Assembly (NCBI GenBank): GCA_044225505.1
Contig: JBGAIN010000028.1
Span: forward strand, 44,657-64,656
DNA length: 20,000 nucleotides
Direction: 5' to 3'
Origin: Limisphaerales bacterium
GTDB taxonomy: Bacteria > Verrucomicrobiota > Verrucomicrobiia > Limisphaerales > SIBE01
Made by a program: the position numbers and the translations under genes. The first letter of the stretch is position 1; each line of letters opens with the position of its first letter. The notes beneath the pieces are model-generated. The model was not told the origin of the DNA. It did no database searches and saw only the letters and a program-made list of their open reading frames with translations. Of this stretch, positions 19,201 through 20,000 are shown in pieces.

Positions 19201-20000
19201 TCGAGATTTACATACTCCGCCCTTCTGAGCGCGATTCGGGCAGGCTCCGGGCTAAAATCCCTATCGTCGGCAACTCCCCAGGAAGAATGGATCATCGCTG
19301 GAAATATTCGATGGCAGAGTGATACCGCCGAACTTTATCCCGTCAGTATTGCGCGAGCTTCACTCCAGCCTCCCCCGCCAGGCGATTACACGCTGGAAAT
19401 CCGCGGCGGTCCAGGAACAACTCCGACCACGATTTCGTTCCAACCGGCTGGCCTAAGCCCCTCGAACCCAACCCTGCCTGAGTCGGTGCCATTTTTCTTC
19501 ACCGTCCCAGCGAATCCACTCATCCAGGAGATCCGTTTAATGCATGGAAACTCTCTGTTGATTCGCCGCGTCGCCAGTGCTCACGCGCCGTCCGTCGAGA
19601 TCTCTTATCCTTCTGGTGGCGAAATTGCAGCCAGCGACCCGCTCGTCATCCGCTGGGAAGGATCGGATGCCGACGGTGATCCTCTATCCTTCGATGTCCA
19701 GTTTAGCCCAGACGGTGGAGTTACGTGGAACACGTTAGGACTCCGCGTTGTCGAAAGCAGTTTTGCGGTCGATCAAAAGTATCTGCAGAGCACGACCAAA
19801 GGGCTCGTTCGGGTCATTGCGAGCGACGGCGTTCGAACGGCATCGAGTCTCTCCCGCAGTCCCTTTATCATCCCCAATCACCGTCCCGAAATCAGTTTGA
19901 TTTCGCCAAGCGCCGAGCGCCTATACACCGGAACAGAGATGATCGTCTTTGCTGCACGCGTGACAGATATCGACGGGGAAGTGCTTTCTGATGGAATGCT
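16282..20000 (+). CDS. Large exported multidomain protein (>1239 aa, 3'-truncated): two BACON-like domains, a degenerate metzincin/M66-like domain and beta-sandwich domains
   Basis: Manual translation of frame +1 finds no stop from ATG 16282 (after TAA 16267-16269) to 20000. Signal-like RRYGLSLSVALGLIPLAA|QE. BACON-like repeats at ~17045-17365 and ~17370-17700 (TNTGGLPLEW..DWI..LAPGDYTATI; TNSGTAPLIF..KWI..LTAGDYRATI). Other motifs: LEVNQVVQ..VPLIEGKLTIVRAH, AHRLALLLGVPH, DLMSHC, IRWEGSDADGDPLSFDVQFSPDGGVTW. Confidence 0.88.
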   Translation, partial: MFPGFASSVVFFVRRIISKSVPSSELRPRHQRRYGLSLSVALGLIPLAAQEFPRGPGQLVRIEYEVETFGSNSAGKETNVLGPNEPLSITDSTFPKGKSLRIQFAGQPAVQPILNGTIRFKNLPITTPERDLITGFQPPMPVSLQFDGSWSRTTDFGYAAARILMGSIQPSACTSPQPIKTGPPIPVGNTPITLTSECTLKSLSQLSGSDPLEVEEQLSGIVDIIAGDGGAGDNPIFLGVQAKVLAKAIYRSRLKPRIELNTNRFTIRYTNGDPVIAPQTVVMTNTGGLPLEWTATVTTTPTGGDWITPNLSSGTLDSRASLPVNLAIDPTRLAPGDYTATIAFGGNSYNGSKSVNVALKVIGVPKIAVHPSQLEFYNTVALPRQIITVTNSGTAPLIFQAVPSADAKWITILPASDSLNPGNAREITVYALQTPTGGTPLTAGDYRATIEFSQYPGSPNAFAPTSVDVTFHVLDPKDQLTLSDPQPSTDVAINLNTDYDSFSAKVSYQLSSRAEADLALRLIDDQGNLQASSDFIRVKRTDGRVTDQVIRLQKFKITSDAQGKTPAKLFLRAVLIDRALVTPILFTPEQDYVYTVAQVQLVGLEVNQVVQDWKGQVPLIEGKLTIVRAHLLASGPQPLQIRDAKLHGSRNGVALPDSPLTPLNFGAKITALPQAHARRDAEESSANFLIPFEWARGKLELRFEATNVVCLEAAGTPKDCTTLVTFVPSGLLDIKYLNVAWEDENGFTHEASSSEIGRELDAITARFPMIDPRRFDIQRLRLPGSGTPNPLNVTAELETLRARNGCDAECHQIYLGLIKDLPYEDFLLDEDVSNNSRSGVTGIPAETAGGFGRSIVAHRLALLLGVPHAVHASLPPGPLDQKMGWCGERAPKETLDYPEFANLGGFVYPTLGPMDAGDEDLVYGVQAFQVQSGQAAGAPSVTAQLRIFSPFNTSDLMSHCGFQDARPDRLTWPSRFTYSALLSAIRAGSGLKSLSSATPQEEWIIAGNIRWQSDTAELYPVSIARASLQPPPPGDYTLEIRGGPGTTPTTISFQPAGLSPSNPTLPESVPFFFTVPANPLIQEIRLMHGNSLLIRRVASAHAPSVEISYPSGGEIAASDPLVIRWEGSDADGDPLSFDVQFSPDGGVTWNTLGLRVVESSFAVDQKYLQSTTKGLVRVIASDGVRTASSLSRSPFIIPNHRPEISLISPSAERLYTGTEMIVFAARVTDIDGEVLSDGM

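Noticed and set aside
16266..19991. Numerous short ORFs listed in the track for this region
   Set aside because: All overlap the long frame +1 gene starting at 16282 and show no motifs.

Overview
GC-rich bacterial genomic window, possibly Verrucomicrobia (inferred from one protein motif). It contains: (1) a 5'-truncated histidine kinase coupled to a REC-PAS-HK-REC hybrid kinase; (2) a DUF1624 membrane protein; (3) a minus-strand DUF1800/DUF1501 operon behind a consensus sigma-54 promoter, where DUF1800 carries Ig-like repeats and DUF1501 has a near-terminal frameshift; (4) a divergent, apparently exported ~1060-1090 aa PEP-synthase/dikinase-like protein with phospho-His-then-ATP-grasp order; (5) a DUF885 gene split by a 16-N assembly gap; (6) a CPA2 cation/H+ antiporter; (7) a >1239 aa exported protein (16282 to window end, absent from the ORF track) with two BACON-like domains and a metzincin-like domain whose zinc motif is degenerate. 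No rRNA, tRNA, CRISPR or mobile element was recognised. All family assignments come from motif recognition, not from searches.
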